Source of the DNA: Nanobdellota archaeon
GTDB lineage: Archaea > Nanobdellota > Nanobdellia > Pacearchaeales > GW2011-AR1
Length of the DNA: 57,985 nt
Direction: 5' to 3'
Assembly: GCA_038044925.1 (NCBI GenBank)
Contig: JBBSZC010000006.1
Location: 1-57,985 of the forward strand
Shown here: positions 54,721 through 57,985 of the stretch, piece by piece
Layout: each line of letters begins with the position of its first letter
Numbering within the stretch: position 1 is the stretch's first letter
The notes under the pieces: generated by a model
Databases searched by the model: none
Seen by the model: the letters and a program-made list of their open reading frames with translations, nothing else
Told to the model about the DNA's origin: nothing
Made by a program: the position numbers and the translations under genes

Positions 54721-55215
54721 TTGAATACAACGAAAATCTTTTCAAGATTTTCGAGCTTTCAAATTTCAGGGAAACCGAAGAGGAAATTCAAAGTGGGATT
54801 AAAAAATGCTAAAAAATTTATAAAGAATAGAAAAAAATCTAGATGGAAAGATAGAAAATTCACAGTGAGAACTCTAAATCTTTATGCAAAATCAGACCCA
54901 TTAGAAGGGGCGAATCAAGCAAAGGGGATAGTTCTTCAAAAAGTTCAAAAAGAAGCTAAACAGCCGAACTCAGCGATGAGAAAATGCTGCAAAGTTCAGC
55001 TTACAAAAAATGGAAGATCAATCACTGCATTTATCCCTGGAAATCTCGCTCAAAGATTCATCGATGAGCACGATGAAGTTTTAGTGCAAAGAATTGGAGG
55101 AAAACAGGGAAGAAGCAAGGGAGATATTCCTGGAGTCAGGTATCAAGTTATTAAAGTAAATGATCAGCCATTACACAGGCTTGTTAATGGGCAGATAGAA
55201 AAGGGTAGACGTTGA
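54721..55215 (+). CDS. rps12: Ribosomal protein S12 (uS12)
   Basis: [49 protein letters not shown]. There is no in-frame ATG: TTG 54721, ATT 54763 or GTG 54793 are the candidates, so the start is uncertain. Confidence 0.9.
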   Translation: MNTTKIFSRFSSFQISGKPKRKFKVGLKNAKKFIKNRKKSRWKDRKFTVRTLNLYAKSDPLEGANQAKGIVLQKVQKEAKQPNSAMRKCCKVQLTKNGRSITAFIPGNLAQRFIDEHDEVLVQRIGGKQGRSKGDIPGVRYQVIKVNDQPLHRLVNGQIEKGRR

Positions 55216-55268
55216 AAATGAAACATTTTCAGGCATTTAAATTTCAGGATAAATTAAAATAAGATAAA

Positions 55269-55622
55269 ATGACAATAGGATATGAATCTGTTAATTTAGA
55301 AAAAGAATTGGAACTGCTTAGTTGGAATTCTCACGATATTAAAAGAAGCACTGCTTCTGAATCTGCACATCCAAATTTAAGTTTTAGTTTAGATATTTAT
55401 TGTTTGAATGGGACATATAAAGCAAGAGTGAATCTATTAGAGGATTTAGTTGCTTCAAAAAGAATTATTACAAAATTAATTAAAAGAAAAGAAACTCTTT
55501 ATTTTTTTGATAATGGCGGAGTTGTAAGAGCAGATAATGAAACTGAAGTGATATCCTTAACTGCGAATGTCAGACCATCAGATAGAGTTAAACTTGAGAG
55601 CAGTATAACTTTAGGTGTTTAA
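55269..55622 (+). CDS. Hypothetical protein (117 aa), first of three ORFs inserted between rps12 and rps7
   Basis: ORF only; overlaps the next ORF by 8 nt. Confidence 0.45.
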   Translation: MTIGYESVNLEKELELLSWNSHDIKRSTASESAHPNLSFSLDIYCLNGTYKARVNLLEDLVASKRIITKLIKRKETLYFFDNGGVVRADNETEVISLTANVRPSDRVKLESSITLGV

Positions 55623-55938
55623 AATGGATGAACAAATACCATATGTTGAAGTAACTGAGACAAGATCATTAAAAACTAATAGAATCATACGTACAAAGAA
55701 AATCACTGCCAAAACTAAAGAATCATTTGAAGAAGTTAAAGATTACCTTAGAACAATTTCAAGAGATTGCACAGAAGAAAAAGAGAAAGGTTTTACTTAT
55801 TATATAATTAACCAACAAAAAAATTGTGTTGGAATTGCTAAGGATAATGATTTAAGTTTATTATTAACAGATAGTCTTGATCAAGAAACAATTGATGTTT
55901 TAGAAGAATATGCAGGAGGAAAATTAGAAGAGAGATAA
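55615..55938 (+). CDS. Hypothetical protein (107 aa), second inserted ORF
   Basis: ORF only; 4-nt gap to the next ORF. Confidence 0.45.
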   Translation: MFKMDEQIPYVEVTETRSLKTNRIIRTKKITAKTKESFEEVKDYLRTISRDCTEEKEKGFTYYIINQQKNCVGIAKDNDLSLLLTDSLDQETIDVLEEYAGGKLEER

Positions 55939-55942
55939 TAAA

Positions 55943-56200
55943 ATGGCAACAAAAAATTACAAAGTTGATACAGAAACATATTCAGATATTATAAGATATC
56001 TGATGAATAAATATGGTGGAGAAATAAAACAAAAAGAAGAGGGGAATATATTAATATGTCAAACACCTCAAGGAAATATGAAAGCAAATGTGCCATTAAT
56101 TAGAAAAGAGGGAAGATGCATCGAGATGGTGTTTGATGATTTAGATAAGGAACTTTTTTTAGAATTAAATGAAAGATTTAGATTAGAAGATACAAAATAA
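55943..56200 (+). CDS. Hypothetical protein (85 aa), third inserted ORF
   Basis: ORF only; ends 2 nt before rps7. Confidence 0.45.
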   Translation: MATKNYKVDTETYSDIIRYLMNKYGGEIKQKEEGNILICQTPQGNMKANVPLIRKEGRCIEMVFDDLDKELFLELNERFRLEDTK

Positions 56201-56202
56201 AA

Positions 56203-56811
56203 ATGGAAGAACAAAAAATTAAATTCAAGATTTTTGATTTATATGATTTAAGCGAAATTAAAGTAGCTGACGATGGGTTGCAACCTATGATTAATTTAGA
56301 TCAAAGGTTAATTCTCAAAAGCCATGGAAGAAACATGCAAAAGATGGGAAAAGCCAAAATAAATATTGTTGAGAGATTAATGAATAAAATTGGTGTTGCT
56401 GGACATAGAGGGAAAAAGCACAAGATTGAAATGGGAAGTTCGACAGGAAAATATACTACCAATATGAAACTAGTTTTAGATGCTTTAGAAATAGTTGCAA
56501 AAAAAACAGGAAAAAATCCTGTTGAAGTTTTGGTCAAGGCAATAGAGAATGCTGCTCCTAGAGATGAAATTACAGTTATAGAATATGGTGGAGCTCGTTA
56601 CCCGCAGGCAGTTGATGTTTCACCTATGAGAAGAGTTAATCTTTCTTTGAAATTTTTAATTCATGGAGCCGGAGACAAATCTTTTGGAAAAAAGAAACCA
56701 TTTGCGCAGGCATTGGCCGAAGAAATAATTATGACTTATGAGAGAAATGGAGAAAGTTTTGCCTTGAAAAAAAAGAATGAATCAGAGAAGCAAGCTGATA
56801 GTGCGAGATAA
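56203..56811 (+). CDS. rps7: Ribosomal protein S7 (uS7)
   Basis: Length, position and conserved VIEYGGARYPQAVDVSPMRR and KKKNESEKQADSAR-type segments. Confidence 0.9.
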   Translation: MEEQKIKFKIFDLYDLSEIKVADDGLQPMINLDQRLILKSHGRNMQKMGKAKINIVERLMNKIGVAGHRGKKHKIEMGSSTGKYTTNMKLVLDALEIVAKKTGKNPVEVLVKAIENAAPRDEITVIEYGGARYPQAVDVSPMRRVNLSLKFLIHGAGDKSFGKKKPFAQALAEEIIMTYERNGESFALKKKNESEKQADSAR

Positions 56812-56820
56812 AAATTAATC

Positions 56821-57471
56821 TCACCCAACATTAAATACTGTATGTTCTTTTATATGGGACCTTACATCTATTGTTGTTTTAAGGATAACTAAAAACATTA
56901 TAATTGCTGATGGGGCTTTAAAAAAACCAATTAAAAATGCACCAAATATTATCGTGAAATGCATTACAACTATTCTTGAATAAGGTTGTGTAAATAATTG
57001 ATTTATAGAAATTTTATCGTATTCTCTATTCTTTAAAAAATTATTATAATATGAAAATCCATGGCTTATAAACAAGGAAATAATTCCAATAGAAACTGAA
57101 AATATTATATCTGAGATATTTAAAGCTAATTTATCTTGAAAAAGAGAACTTATAGCAAAAATAAAAATAAGATGGCCAAACATGAAACCCCCAAAATGAA
57201 TTATAAAAAATATTTTAAAATAATGGGTTAAATTTGTTGTAGGGTTAAAATTAAGATATGCATTGGCTTTGGAATTTTCATTTATAGATTTATTAGTTTT
57301 TATCATTTTTAGTATATTATAAAACCCGATTATAGCACTTTCAATCCAGTATAAAATTAAAATCATAAAAATATTCCAATTAAAAAATAAAACTCCCATC
57401 AATGGGATTGAATTCGCAATAATTAATACTGTTATTGAATATTTAAGTGATGGTATTGTATTTTTTTGCAT
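56821..57471 (-). CDS. Hypothetical polytopic membrane protein
   Basis: Six hydrophobic helices; family not assigned. Confidence 0.5.
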   Translation of the reverse strand: MQKNTIPSLKYSITVLIIANSIPLMGVLFFNWNIFMILILYWIESAIIGFYNILKMIKTNKSINENSKANAYLNFNPTTNLTHYFKIFFIIHFGGFMFGHLIFIFAISSLFQDKLALNISDIIFSVSIGIISLFISHGFSYYNNFLKNREYDKISINQLFTQPYSRIVVMHFTIIFGAFLIGFFKAPSAIIMFLVILKTTIDVRSHIKEHTVFNVG

Positions 57472-57856
57472 AGAGGTAATAATTTAAGGAAGTTTTTAAT
57501 CTTTTCTAGAGTGTTAAGTAAACTCTGAATCTTAACATAAAAAATTATCTTAAAATATACTGCTCCTTCGTCGCAAATCGATAAAATCAAGATAATAAAA
57601 GAAACATCCTTGATAATTATAATTAAAAGTGGTTTTTTTGATTATCAATCTAAGAAATATCACGAGTGAAAACGAGTGCAAAATGTTAAGTTATAGACTG
57701 GACTTAACATAGAGAAAACATTTAAAAAGCAAATTTTACAATAAATTTTATTCTATTATAGTCAAGGACATTAATTTTTACCAATTTCGTCGTTGACTAT
57801 TTAGGGAAAGACATAAATCTTTCAATATAGTTTATAAATAGAGACTATTTATTATA

Positions 57857-57985
57857 TAAAATGGCGGTAAACAAAATCAAAGATTTTGAACTTCCATTTT
57901 ATATAAAGGAATGTAAACAATAAAATGGCAGTAAACAAAATCAAAGATTTTGAACTTCCATTTTATATAAAGGAATGTAAACAAT
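57857..57985 (+). repeat. 64-nt tandem direct repeat (at least 2 units, truncated by the window end)
   Basis: Units at 57857-57920 and 57921-57984 differ at one position (ggcGgt vs ggcAgt). Each unit contains the nested inverted repeats aaaatgg..ccatttt and aaaatc-aaa-gatttt. Confidence 0.85.

Noticed and set aside
57857-57985. Possible CRISPR array at the window end
   Set aside because: The whole 64-nt unit is duplicated, including what would be the spacer, with one mismatch. No unique spacers and no cas genes are visible, so it is called a tandem repeat.
1-57985. Diversity-generating retroelement, prophage, integrase, transposase or cas genes
   Set aside because: No reverse-transcriptase, integrase, transposase (DDE/HUH) or Cas signatures were recognised in any ORF. 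The tRNA-adjacent genes lack an integrase.

Overview
Strongly AT-rich archaeal chromosome segment that looks DPANN-like: small genes, archaeal RNAP and ribosomal genes mixed with several bacterial-type genes. Core content: an rpoE(Rpo7)-spt4-rps24e-rps27ae cluster (7.8-9.7 kb) and an rpoH-rpoB-rpoA-nusA-rps12-rps7 cluster (46.4-56.8 kb). Three tRNAs are present: His, Trp, and Lys with a long intron. Other recognisable genes include hisS, scpA, an Lhr helicase, a Dph6-like protein and a TtuA-like protein. Accessory modules: an Fe-S, oxidative-stress and iron block (ArsR, cysteine desulfurase, DUF1858, IscU, SOD, peroxiredoxin, hemerythrin, FTR1; 25.0-30.2 kb), a copper module (copZ, copA), a dNTP-supply block (nrdR, nrdJ, dut, a large ThyX-like protein, thioredoxin; 39.4-45.3 kb), and MNT-HEPN and HTH/PIN pairs. 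Most unusual observations: (1) a modular, GC-enriched, intergenic structured repeat family with five full copies plus fragments and compensatory stem changes; (2) a small RiPP-like cluster (Cys-rich 52-aa peptide, HExxH protein, chimeric radical-SAM/LuxR-HTH protein; 17.99-19.46 kb); (3) orphan small ORFs wedged into normally invariant information-processing operons, including three between rps12 and rps7; (4) an unsplit rpoA (A' and A'' fused); (5) a bacterial ECF sigma-70-like gene directly after tRNA-Trp, and a bacterial-type RRM protein. No CRISPR array, transposase, integrase, reverse transcriptase or rRNA was seen. All functional calls rest on reading motifs by eye; no searches were run.
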